Positions 45,101 to 58,300 are shown, numbered from the whole stretch's first letter. The stretch is DNA of 63,939 bases, filler included, from Lenisia limosa (GCA_001655205.1; 11 parts of 11 records of this genome joined end to end with filler, not necessarily neighbours in it), one strand, 5' to 3'. Numbers and translations are program-made. Notes: a model not told the origin generated them from the letters alone.

Positions 45101-47200
45101 GAATTATTTTGGGCTGGTCTTTTGGTAAGTGAATTCTAATACGATGAGACTATCTTCCATCACCTTGGAAACATATTACACTATTGCGGCATGAAGGTCC
45201 CCAACACACCAGAAACCAGAGTCCTCCACGAGGGCAATATCGACGGCTTCAATGAGGATCAATGAGGCTGTTGCTGCTGCCATGATGTGAGTTAATGGTG
45301 TCTTATTACAGAGGGTACTCATGATAAATAATGAATAAACAATGTCTGAAGTAATTATCTGTAATACATAGTTCACTTTTACCAAAAAAAAAATAGAAAA
45401 AAATAAGCGCAAAGGACCACCCACAAGATCCAGAAGACACTTTTTTGCTCTTGACAGCTTCAGATGTGACCCTCAGAAACTCCTTACCCGTCATGACTGA
45501 GGAGACATTAATCTCAATAACCTGGAATGTCAGGCTTCTGTTGAAAAGAATATGTTTGGATTCAGCAATAGTAAAAAGTGCATTCTTATGTTTAGTTTTG
45601 TGATTGTAAATTGAGTATCTCTTCCCTTCCCTTATATCAAATAAAATAAAAAAGAGGAGCAAAATCCAAACGGGTATTGATGACGAAAAAACTATTAGTA
45701 ATTATATCATTTGTTTGAAATAGAGTCATCTTTCCTCCACTCCCATCCCCAACAGACTTTCTATCGCTTTGGAATATTCGTCATATTTGAAATTAAAAAT
45801 CGAAAAGACTTGCATAGAAACACCCCCCCCCCACGTTCAGTCGCAGTTCTTCAGCAATGGCATAGACGGCCGAGGTCTTTCCACTGCCACACGGACCATC
45901 TGAACCGTCATTGTCATGTCTGATAGAAGCCTAGGCAGCAATGGAAATGACAACAAAGTTGGATCGGCCAAAAACGTCCACACCTTATCGTCAATTGATA
46001 AGTGGAATAGGAGTGCCCCCCCCCCCCACAAAGGAACATAGCAGAGCACACGGCTTCATCATAGAGCCCATCGTCAAAGAAGTCAGACTTGTCAGGCTGT
46101 CTCTTCTGCGGTGTTTCCCTGTAGCTTATTCGCCAATTAAAGCGCGGGCCAGGCCCTTCCTCCCACTTCTCCTGATGATCCTCGAAGCTGTCTTCTCTTT
46201 CCTTTTTCGTTAGAAAATGGTGGGATCATAGCTCAACTCATTGATATTATTTGCCCTAGAAAATATCAACTATTTGAAACTTTTAATTCTGCTTCATTGC
46301 GTCTTCGATATTGAGCCCTCCCACCTCAAAGTTATCAGCAGGGAAGGCTTGAACCCAGTTGGCGAGACGCACGCTCTGAAGTCGTCAATTCAAGACTATG
46401 ACGGTAGAAATATAAAGATAAACACAGGGGATAAGTCTTGACTGATTTTTCTTGGGAGATCTTTGATCAAGTCGGTCAAGACTTATCCCGGTCGTGAGCA
46501 CGGGGCTGTTAGAGAAATAAAACTGGACTATACATCAAAATACCCCCCAAACAGTGTCCATATTGCCAAGTATTTCAAGCACGTTTCTTGGACGGAAGAG
46601 TTGTGACCAAGGAAGAGGGGCTGCGGAGAACTCAGACCTGTGTAATTAGTAAACCAAGAAAAAGTCAATACGCTTGATTAAACAAGAAAAAATTCAAGAC
46701 GCTTGATTAAAATGTCTACTTTCTTCACTTAACACTTATCATTTAGATTATGCTGAATGAGGAGCTTTCCAGTTGATTATTTCCAGTTTTGGTGTTACAA
46801 TAGGCAACTGCAAATACGTTGAACAAATTGCTTGCCACCCTCAGGAAGGTACACAGTGGGCAATTAAATAACTCATCCCATTCATTTCTCTAGCTCACGC
46901 TTCTGACTGTTTTTGGATCATTCTTGCCCGGTTGCTTAGGTCGAAGAATGAAGATGACGGTTTGACGTGACCCGAGTTTTCTGAATAGTGTTATAAAAAA
47001 TCTAAATACCCATACGCAACCAAAAGATAAAAGAAGTGTTGAACACTTTACAATGTCTATTATCATTCTTATAAATAATCTCTCTTAATAATCCAGCTTC
47101 CTCCTTCAAAAGATTCTAAGCAAACCAATATGCTTCAAATGGCTGTAGTTTTTGCATGCCTTGCGAAGATAGCGCATGAAGAGGTCTATACTGTTCAGAA
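42190..47200 (-). CDS. ATAD5: ATAD5/Elg1-like RFC large subunit (ends uncertain)
   Basis: LPWSQLFRPRNVLEILGN; GPCGSGKTSAVYAIAEELRLN (Walker A ~45874-45897); VIEINVSSVMTGKEFL..SEAVKS; SLILIEAVDIALVEDSGFW / ALLSIIRETKRPIVLT, matching the Elg1 pattern. Confidence 0.85.
42723..42957. repeat. 20-bp minisatellite, ~12 copies, intronic
   Basis: Head-to-tail AAGTATCAACTCTGCTGGCT with minor variants and no spacers. Confidence 0.95.
43785..44030. repeat. (CAAAA)n / (CAATA)n microsatellite
   Basis: Long pentanucleotide run; it explains the spurious FVLFC ORFs. Confidence 0.97.
46423..46496. mobile_element. MITE family C copy
   Basis: GGGATAAGTCTTGAC...GGTCAAGACTTATCCCGGTC inverted ends. Confidence 0.75.
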
Positions 47201-47505
47201 TACCATTACTCAAGCATCACCTTGTAAATATTAATATCATACTATGTTTACCACATGTAATATAATGCCATAATATAGTCTAAAATATAATATCATATAT
47301 AGTATAAAATATGATATAGTACAATAGTATAATATATCATATATATATGTCTTATATAAATATTGATGTATATCTCTATGATATATCTCNNNNNNNNNNN
47401 NNNNNNNNNNNNNNNNNNNNNNNNNNNNNNNNNTTAATTAATTAANNNNNNNNNNNNNNNNNNNNNNNNNNNNNNNNNNNNNNNNNNNNGTCCCAACCAT
47501 CCCCT

Positions 47506-50500
47506 ATGAAAGCCCCTAAGGCACGAGCCCCCCTCCCTCGACCAGACTTCTCCATCGTCAACAGGCCGTCCTTCAAACCGCCCACTCCAATCAAGTATGG
47601 TTGTTTTGTTTCGGCTCTAATCCATCACCATGTCTGGTACATTATGACTAAAATTCAATGCATCATTACCCCCTCACCAGGCCCAACAAAGCAAGTCCCA
47701 TTGGTCTCAGCAAGATACTGAAGAATGCCATTGAAGAGGCGGATCAGCAGCAGCTCCCAGCCCCTGTTATACCTGGTAAGTCTGATTCTGAAAGTGGTTC
47801 AACGGCTTTTCAATGGTTTTGAATTACTCAAACTCTTTGATGTTTTCCCGCACTACTGGAATAAGTGGGATTTTTTATTTGTCTTCGACTTTTTTTTTTT
47901 TTTGGTTTTTTTTTCTCCAGAAGGTCTAATCCCCCACCCCTCCAGGAAGGTCATTCCTTAAGCCAATAATGCCTACGATTCCGTTCCGCCTCAATCTTGC
48001 TCCCTCAGTAGACGGTAGGCATCGAGAGAGTCAGTCTGATGTTTCTGAAGGTGCTATCTATCTTGTATGTGAATCATATATAGTGACCGGGATAAGTCTT
48101 GACCATTTTTCCTGAGGAAATCACATAACAAATTGGTCAAGACTTTTCCTGGTCACTATATGAATCAAAGTTCGCACAGGTTTTCATATCCAGGCGCCTC
48201 AACCTCCACAATTGCAAAAGGACAAAGCAACCACAGACACTTAGTCGCCCAGTCACCTCTCATCACTTCTGCGGTTCAAGCTCAACAGGTGTGTTCTCTC
48301 ACTCAGTCCAAACGTATCAAAGGCTCACAAGACGACAGATAACTCCAGTAAAACGTATTAATGATTATTTCGGTGTATAATGGCATGTTGAATATTTGAT
48401 ATTTTGACAAACGTTTAGAGCTCAGCTTTCATATGATATCATATACTACTAATACATATTTTGTTTATTAGCATATTTCTCATCATGTTCCTCATTTTGC
48501 TGCATATTGATGGATAGGTATGTCTCTTCATCTCTTACCCTCAGTTGGGATCGGTCTATGGTACACCTGCGAGTCCGCTCTTTTGTTCACCGCAGGAAGA
48601 CAAGGACTTTGCCAATGTCTTTACCCCCATTTGCTCCAATGCCTTCAATGACGCAATGCTTGACGTGGGGGGGAGAAGGGCGATGAAGAAGGTGATTCAC
48701 TTCGTAGTTTTTCCTTTGAAATGTTTTTGGACTTGCTCTTCAATTTTCTGTTTTCCCATTTATTCTTTTCTTTCTATTTCTTTATCCAGTTCCTTCATCT
48801 TCATAACGAACAGTAACAAAAGGCCGTCTCCAAATAGATTTTTCCATTTTTAACTAAATTTACACAGGACTCGCTAAGTAACGAGGCTGGTTTCGGGCAG
48901 CTCTCAGAAATATCTAATGTAGGCCACAGGTTTCTGCAAATTACCCATTTTCTTTCAAAGGAAGGTAAAAAAAAGTGAGTAATATGAACTAGAATATTTT
49001 GCTTGTATTTCAAGCTCCTTTCTGACCCACAGAACGACCATCTCAACTCCCCAATTGCCGATCCGATTCTTTCGGCCTCAACAAAGAACTTCCTGAACGG
49101 CATTCCATCCCTTCCCCGACCTGCCTCCCCATCAAGGTATATCACGGCCTCATTCTTCCAGTTTTAACACCATTAGCATCAACCTTGTTCGTAGGAGTGT
49201 TGGGCCTACTGTTCAGTCTGACGAGGATCGCAGTTCAGTTCATCAGCCTTTCGATGGAGCTTCCGACACTGAGGATCATCGTGAGGTTTTCCCTGAGTTT
49301 GACAGCAGCTTTTTGGAAGAGGTCTTCCAAGAGGACACGAAAGACTGGTGGGTTGGTTGCAAGCTTTATTCAGTACCAGTAAAAGCCTCGTTTTCCAGTC
49401 ACTCATTCCGCAGTCATCCGAAGGAGCCGGTTGTCGTTGAGTGCCCACCCAGCCCACTACCCATTGGACATGGCGTATCCAAGTCACCTGCACCCAAGGT
49501 CGACCCATCTTACGTCAAGTTTGCTGGGTTGCTTTTGAATCATCATTCTGAGCCATATGAGTGCAGGTCTCGTGTTAATTTTTCCTCTTTCTCCAAAATA
49601 GATTTTTGTATTGACTTATATAGGGAGCTTGAGCTTTTGGTGGAATCACTGAAGAAAGAACTTGTGGGGGGTGGGGCAGTTCTTTGCCCACTCTGCGTTC
49701 AATGCTATCTGGGTGTCGCTTCGGTTCATAAAAAATGGTCTTTTTAGTATATTACATGATAACTATATTTTTCATAAATTGTTATTGTTTTGACTCCCTC
49801 TAGGAGAGCATGATGCCTTCAGATGACTCCATTTTCGGTAGGGATGCCCTCATATAATTGGGGTCATGGAGCTGCTGATCTCTTCAAGAGGAAATGTAGA
49901 TAGATAGCATTTTATTAGTTTTTACGTTGTTATCTTCCTTTGATACGTCAGCGTCCTCATTGTACATGGATTGTGTTGTTTATGTCTGTTAAATTGATAG
50001 GTAAACTTCTCCATGATTTCGGCTTCAAGCGTGTCTATCTCTCTTCTGGAAGGCAGGTATGAGGGTTTGTTATCCTTCACAGCGGATGGACAACTCTTTC
50101 TATTCTCCGAACAAACTTGTGCTACCATGCCCCCCCCCCCCATTGGAAATGAGAGATTCTGCTTCACTCCCTTCAGATTGTGAGTCACGTGCCAGTGTGG
50201 TCTAAGCAGCGGCCTGTTGACACCGGGCGTGTCACCCAGATTGCTTCTGACAAGCAAGGTATGTAGGACACTATTGGTGACGCTTACTGTTTGCGAAGTA
50301 ATTAATGATTTATTGGACTTTTTCAACCTACTACTTACTTTTAGGCAAGCCACACTTCCCTGGAACATTGTCCGTGTTTGTTGCAGAGGGCGTACCAGCC
50401 CCATCCCTTATCATGCCTCAGGCCATGGCTGTGTTTGACGGACAGGTGGGACTCTGTGTTTGACGGACAGGTGGGACTCTGTTACTGCTGCTCTTTTCAT

Positions 50501-52285
50501 CACCAAATATCACTAACGCCACCAATACCATCACACCATAACAAGAGTCCAGCATCGTCTCAATGCCGTCTGCGAGTTACTGAAGATGAAGGACTTCTCA
50601 GAGGATGAAGAATATGGCAGGTAGGATCGGAGTTTGGTTCTGCTTCAAACTCATCGCTACCGAAAGCCCATAGTTTTTATTTTATCATTGGGCATCAACA
50701 GTCTTGTTTTTAACAATGCTGTATGATCAACAATCCAGCAATAATCCATTGACAATCGTGACTATCCTAGACCGTCAGCGTCCCCGCAAAATACTGACAA
50801 CAGGAGGAAGTCATTAGCTCCCCTCCAGGATATCGAGCTCCTGGGTTGGCTTGGATGTGTACTGGTTATTAAGAACGGTTAGACTGTCTATCGAACGGCT
50901 TTTTGTAGTAGAATCTATTGCAGAGACCTTCCTGTTGTAACTATTGCCTACAATTGCGCTCTTGTGTTCACGCGTGTAGTTGAGGTGTACCCAGTTGCGA
51001 GCCAGAAGGATATCATCAGGTGGTTCATAGAAGTCAACAAATGCGAGCCCATCCAGGTTAGTCCTCTGAGATCAAGGTGGTATTGTTAGTGTCACTTATC
51101 AATGGGCGCTATGTTTCTAAATAGTGTTTTTCATTTTTCACCAAACCTGAGAGCTGTTTAATTCGCATGGCATCTTAAAAGAAATATAAAAGCTGTTATA
51201 ATCTCGTAGGAAATTGACTTGCCTGACAGTATTCCCACATTCAAGAAGAGGGTGATAGAGCAGGCCACTCAGGTTGGCGTTTCGGCTGGATAGTGCCATT
51301 TTACGCGTGATTGACCTGAATGTTGCCCCAACCCCTCGCCTTGTCTTTGATTTGCCATTTACCCCTCCCCCTAGAAACTCTGTGATGAGTACAAGGAGAT
51401 CTTCAAACCAAGTGCTCGCTGCAAGCCGCCGCATCNNNNNNNNNNNNNNNNNNNNNNNNNNNNNNNNNNNNNNNNNNNNNNNNNNNNNNNNNNNNNNNNN
51501 NNNNNNNNNNNNNNNNNNNNNNNNNNNNNNNNNNNNNNNNNNNNNNNNNNNNNNNNNNNNNNNNNNNNNNNNNNNNNNNNNNNNNNNNNNNNGACCAAAG
51601 AAAAAGCACACTATTCATGTCAGCACGCGGTCAGTGTATTTCATGGCAGCAACACATCGCGGTCAGTGTATTTCTCTTCAAGAGCGGAATCTTAAATAAA
51701 TCTCAGCGTGAAGGGGGAGGGGGGATGTGATGAGAGTTGGACAAGGAGATGTGATCCCACTATCAACTTGATAGGTAGTGGGCAAAAGGCTCTGGCCGGA
51801 GCCAGTGGATCTCGATCGTGCATCATGCATCATGCGCTTTACAACAGTCACCTTTTTAGTCCTTCGAACTCGGGTGTTTGAAAACCGCCTCATGGAAAGG
51901 TTAGCCTTTGTTGAACCTTTCTTCTGTAGGGTTATTAATGAGTCTTCTTACTCTTTGTTGCTACCTCCCCCCTGCTTTCGTCATACCCGCCTTTCCATTC
52001 CCTCCTGACATTTATAGGAACGCCATCAAAGGTCCTGACGATCTCTTCGCTGTTCTTCTGGCGTACAACGCGAAGATGAGTAAAATGCCGCCTCGACTGC
52101 TCATCAAGGGGCGTGTCACCAAGCAGCACTATGAGAAGGTGGGCGGAAGGAAAGTCCAGTCACTCCATAAGTGACCACCTTCATCCAATAAGCCCTCTTT
52201 TCCTTCTTCCCTCATGGAATAGGCGAAACGATATGGTCTGTTCCTTGGTCTTTCCTGGAGCTGGCTCGAAACCGCTCTCAACTAA
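47506..52285 (+). CDS. Intron-rich gene: long low-complexity N-terminus plus C-terminal DGQHR (ParB/Srx-like) domain
   Basis: VWSKQRPVDTGRVTQIASDKQ / GKPHFPGTLSVF...AVFDGQ / HRLNAVCELL / VEVYPV / EVNKCEP / EYKEIFKPSARCKPPH / DLFAVLLAYN / AKRYGLFLGLSWSWL-TAA. That the upstream exons belong to the same gene is inferred. Confidence 0.75.
48081..48158. mobile_element. MITE family C copy with TA TSD
   Basis: TA|TAGTGACCGGGATAAGTCTTGACC...GGTCAAGACTTTTCCTGGTCACTA|TA. Confidence 0.85.
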
Positions 52286-52399
52286 ATACCAGTCTCCACT
52301 TTTTAGGTACCCCCCCCCCCCTACCCCCCAGGTTTAATANNNNNNNNNNNNNNNNNNNNNNNNNNNNNNNNNNNNNNGAAGTAATGGTAAGATGATGAG

Positions 52400-55300
52400 A
52401 AAGATGGAAATGAGAAAGACGGAAATGAGAAAGACGGAGAAAAGGAGGATGCCACTGGCTCCGTCTTTTTTTGGACCTCAACATAGACGTAAATAAAGCA
52501 ACAAGACGAAGCTGAAGGGAGAGTGCGCCCTATCTTCAGGCATGTGGCGGGGGGGGGGNNNNNNNNNNAGAGTCAAAATTGTATTTTTCAATAGCAAGCT
52601 GGGACACCGAGGCATCAATTATGAACACACAACTAATACTGCACAGTCCTCCCACCTTCGTAGCAAATCTCAAGCTGCAAAGGGATTCGCCTGTGCTGTT
52701 GATATCCGGATTGACATTCACGAACATCAGTGTCTTTGAGTTTCCACCTGAATGCGTCAATACGGATAGGAAAGCCAGGAACGCTACAGATTAGAACAAT
52801 TATGTACATTCAGTCATAAGATGAAGAAATAAGTGTCTCAACCCACAGAAGCAAGCAGGAAACGGCATGATACCCCCCACGCACCAAGAGAGTTCTGAAG
52901 CAGGTAAGTGAGCTTCGAGTTTCTAAACGGAATATGGGCTTCATTTCCGGCCAATGATGCGATGACGTCACCGAGGGCTGATAATGACTGGGGGGGGGGG
53001 TGAGGGAATAGTAATATCAAAAGATAATTAACTAGAGAACCAGTTACTATTGGAGCAATAAAAACAAATTACGACCGAGGAACTAATAATCATGCTCAAA
53101 ATACCTTATTTATCGCCTGGGTTTCCTTCAAGCGATCTCCAGTACTACACATGTGAACGAAGATGTAAATTTGATAGAATTGTCTAAAATATCGAGTTTC
53201 TTGTGAGTTACTGAGAAATGTGGTCAATTAAAGAAGCATAATAATATAACACAATTGCCTGACCTTTTTGAACTACTAAGTCGCTCACTACCAGCCAAAT
53301 CGATGAGGTTGAGACATGAGGAGCAAGTAAGTCCTGTGTCGTGAGACCAATAGATCGGATATCAGTTCTGTTCACAGCTTTTCTGAAAACCCCAATAATG
53401 CCTCCATCATCATACTATAAGAAAATAACTATTATACATATACTATTATATATATTTCGACTTATAGATTTGATAATAGATTTTGTACTACCAGCTTACC
53501 AGTTGTGCTGTTTTTGCCTGAGATATGCAAGATAAACACACTAAAAGGGTCACGTGATGTGAAAGAACTACAGTGGACCCCAAATGGCAGATTATCATAG
53601 GGGGAGAAAATAACACGTATAATATATCATATGTATCACCACCCACCTGTGTGATCTTGACGATCTGTCGTTGCATGCCGTTTTGGCGACAGCCCGTGCT
53701 TTGGAGGCTCGGTTGAGAATGTTTGAAACGTCATCGGCACTCTTGACCTAACGGGTTAGAATGATGGGTGGGAATAACTGCGAAGTCTAAGATATTGTGA
53801 CTGATGCCAAGCGGCAAAAAAGGATAGCACGGAGACCCTATCACGGGGCAGAGGTTTACGTCAGAAACCCTGGTTTTGAGGGTTTTGGCATCGTGGTGGA
53901 TGGTGTGCTTCTTGTTCAGTCCTAGAACAAGGGTAAAGTTTTTGGAAGAACGAAAAAACCTATGGTAGAAAGAGCATAGTGTTATTTTGAGGCAGCAACG
54001 TTGAAAAACCGTTGTAGGTGTACTGATTACTGTAATGATACACATGGGGGGGGGGGTCGTGCTAGCGACCGAAAAATATACACACAATATATACCATAGG
54101 GCTTGGGGTTAGCGGGTCAGTGGGCATCGGTTATGGACAAATATCGAAAATACTAAGAAAAAAGTTTGAATATTATTCTAAAAATTGCATGAAAAAACAA
54201 AGATTTGTAAGGGGTATTTGTTGATCCCAAATTTTGAAAATAAATATATACTATATATTATATGCATAGAATATATTTTCCATGGGATCATGGGGTCAGG
54301 CCAAAAACTAATATCATGTAGATGCTCAAGGTCCTAAATTAAGAAATTAAGAATTATATATAGCTATATGATATATATTGGATGACCGCCCTTAAGAGTA
54401 CATTTGTTGTTTCCACCATCTTACCAGCAGGTGAAGTATTTAGTAGGTCCCTAATGTTTTCATTGTAGATCTCCACGAAGCATGCTTTCAGTTCATAGGA
54501 CCAGCCCTAAATCGTCAAGGACTATATTGCCCTCTTTCTCACAATACAAAGTACGTCTACAACTTCAATTAAGCCATCCATATTGAAGGATACTGACGTC
54601 CTTAAAGCCCCCATCACCGTACCCACCTGTTCTTTGAGTTCATGCGTAGCTGAGAAGATCATATCCACTGCACGAGGTATCATGCCGTATAATTCTGGCG
54701 GACACTCTAAATAGCGGTGAACTTAATATTCTCAATGTTAAATGTATGTAAAGAAATACAAGAGTCTCCATTGGAGCTGTTACCACAAATGTATCTTCGG
54801 TTGAACAAAAAAAAAAACACGCCTGCTATTGGTAGGGTGGCGGGGGTGCAGGGAAACCTACCAGTTTTTGGAGGAAGCTCGGGTCCTTCCATTGTGTAAG
54901 TTTTGCCTGAACCGGTTTGGCCATACGCAAAAATGCAGACGTTATAGCTGGAGAGTAAGAAGTGGAACCGATATTCTGGCCTCTATGCAGACGTTATAGC
55001 TGGAGAGTAAGGAGTGGAACCGATATTCTGGCCTCTTGCGTGGGGCTTAGGATTCTGTCCATGGCTAATAGAATTATCCTTTTGCATGAAAGAGGTGGGT
55101 CCAAGTTGCCCCCCCCCCAACCCATGGAGAGCTGACTGCGTGAGCTGCGAGATTTCTTCGAAGACTGTCTCCTGTGTTGAACCTGAATTGTTAGGAGTAA
55201 AGCTTCACTTCGGTTCAAAAAGTTGGAACTTATCAAATTAATCCTCAATAAATATCGATATTTTACCGAAGGAAAATAGAATATCAAGAGATCAAGAGGA

Positions 55301-58300
55301 GGTATTAAATAGAGATCAAGAGGAGGTATTAAATGCTTCATTTAGAATAGCGTTAATATATATGTATACTATATAGCTATCAATATATATCGATATGCAA
55401 CATCTAGTATGTATGTATATGATGATAAAATGAATATCCTAGCTCACCAGGAGGAAACACCTTGTCAAAGTTGAAGCTGTGGGTTTTGGTTCGCTCATTC
55501 TGAAATTGTAAGATGAGTCACTAATTATTGGCTTCTGAAGGCAAGCCAGATATACACAAAGTCTGAAAAGGAAGTCCCAGGAGATTTCTATGAAGAACAG
55601 CAAAAAAGGTTGTATCGGTCTGAGGCTGTCCACTACTAACCGTACAGATCAATAGCAGCAGATAAAACAAAATCGTGATTAAAAGGTGCATTAGAGATGT
55701 ATCTCCCACCTTGCCACAAACGCTGGTTCCTGCAATTTTGAGTTCAAGCTGTGTGCCTGCAGCGGGGTTTGGGAAGGAGTATACATCTGGAGAAGATCAA
55801 CGAATTCCGGATATCTGAGATAAATTCAATTATAAAGTATGCTGGGGAGGCACGCAGAAAGCTGTGTGCACAATGTTGTAAGGCAAAATAATGGGTGAAT
55901 ATTATACTAGATTCAATATCAGATACGACCTTGTTTTTTTATTTCTCATTGCTATGATATCTAAATTACTGTAGCCACAAGGTAACTCAGACTCTCACCT
56001 CCATCATTTTTTTCAGAAGCTGATAGGGGGCGGACGCGACAGAATACCCGGATATTGCCTTTAAGATCCTGGGGTGTAAGATTTATGAAGATGTTGACAG
56101 TGAAGTGAAGATGAGTAAGGGGGGGTCCACTTCCCTTAATTCCAGCCACTCTACCTGAATTTCATTGAGTAGTTTTCTCCTCATTGTCTCGTCTTCTCTT
56201 CTCAATTCTACCAAGCGAGTGTTTTCGGCCTCGATTTCACTGACATCTTTATCCTAAAAAATGAGAACGCAAAAGCTTCAATTTTAATTTTCCTGAATCA
56301 CATACTGTCATATTCAAATGGTTCAAAACAAGATATCATAGTCATGAGATATCAAACCTACCATCCCATCTGATGCCCACCATCCCCTCTGATGCCCACC
56401 ATCCGATCCATTTTATCCCGAAGAGCCTGAGACGTAGCCTGCTCCTCTTTATAGCGGTTTGTAAGAGTTTCAATGTCCATTCCTCGGGTGCTGAACTCCC
56501 GCTGAAGAGCCTCATATGATGTCTGAAGGGTGAGACGGGCTTCAAGTAACAAGGAAGATTGCTGTTGTTGATGTGGTGAAAACGTCCATTCTACCAAGTG
56601 AGAAGGGTCTCTTCCTATATCAAATATTGATAATTGAATAAGGTTATCTAAAACACCTACTATTCCATTTGTATTTGGAAACCACTCACCTTGGTTTCCA
56701 AACTTTGACTCTCAAGATATTTGAGATCTTCAGTCATTTGGTCCAAGCTTCGCTGGAGCTCTAGGATTGCGGCAACTTTTGTGTCAATTATGGCCTAAAA
56801 GTGAGTAAAAAGGAACTTGATATGAAGAAAGATATCTTGAAATAACAAAACCACCTGGCAGACACGATAATGTCATAATGGGGATTCTTAATGATATCCA
56901 ATATCCTACCTGGTACTTTGATTTGATTTGCTCGATTTCGGCTCTGTGCGCTCGAGGGGTAACTTCATTCTGGAGGGGTAATGGTTGTGTTGGAAGATGG
57001 TGTCTTGGGGTTTTCTATCACATCATATGATATAGATCAAGCCGTTATATGATCCTTTTGTGTCAACTAAATGAAGTTGTGCTATGATGTAGGCCTTCAC
57101 TTTCTGGGTCTTAATGTCTCACATAGCAAGATACATCCTTAATCCAGGATCTTCCACTGCCCACAATTTCAAAGAGTTTTGCCTCGAGTGTAGCAATGTG
57201 GGTCTGAAACAATCAGCAAAATCGTGAATTATGTGATAATTAAAATGACTACAAATACAAACGGATTTCGGGTAAAGCTATTACTCCTTGAGCAGAAGAA
57301 GCCTACTGATTTTTTATGAATGATGCTTTGGAGAGAGTTGACTTGGGTAGAGAGTGACGCAACTGAAGTGGTGAGGTATAATTCTCATTGTCATTAGGGC
57401 TTCACTTCTCGGTTTGAAAAAGACTGATACTATTTATCGAAGATTTATCGAGAAATTGTCTTTTTTGGAACCGAAGTGAAGCCCTGATTGTCCTGAAAAA
57501 GGGATTGTTCAAGTGATTCTCTCGAATATCGGTATCATCCAAGTAAAGCCATAATATGAAACCTTATATCCGACAAATCTCAATGATACTCTGATACACC
57601 TGAGATGAACCCACATGCTATCGCCGTTCCCCCTTTCGACTTGACAGTCAGGTATATAATCATATCATTAGTGGATATTGGGACATTAGCCACACCCACT
57701 TTCGGCCATTTTGGTCTCAACGTCAACATGGTTCGTCATTGTCTTCTGATTCTGTTCGACGAGGAGGCTTTTGACTTCCTTGAACTCGCCCTCCAGGGTC
57801 TCGAATCGGCTCTGCAATATCATATTTAGCGCTTGCCTTTGGTCTCAATACGATAGAGCCGCAAGCATTTAATCTTGCTCCGAATAATTTCAAATTTCCA
57901 AAATATCAACCCAATATATTCCAAGATATAAATGACACACGAGCTTTTATTACGTAAGATAGCCCAACCAACCTTGTAGTCCCATCCTGGGAGCTTGCCA
58001 ACTACAGGGTAAGAAGTCATGCAAAGAATGATTTTCATGAAGTTGTAGAAGCTTCGAAGTGGGAGCAAATACCACATTATCTTATGTCATATATTGTGTC
58101 AACACGTTAGTCTAATTATCAATTGTACCAAAATGGAGAACTGGTTTTTGTTATCAGTATACGCTACCCCCCCCCCACCTTTGGACTCGGGTATGAGCAG
58201 AGGATCAAACTTGGAGGGAGCACTAGTGTTGATCCTAGCCTTAATATTCTTCAATCCCCGCTTGACCGGCGCTGCTTTGAGCTTGGCTGGGAGGCTTGTC

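Noticed and set aside
56360-56410. Short 19-bp and 22-bp intronic duplications (also 55290-55335, 16915-16990, 52400-52440)
   Set aside because: These are ordinary local tandem duplications with no evident structure or splice-site overlap.
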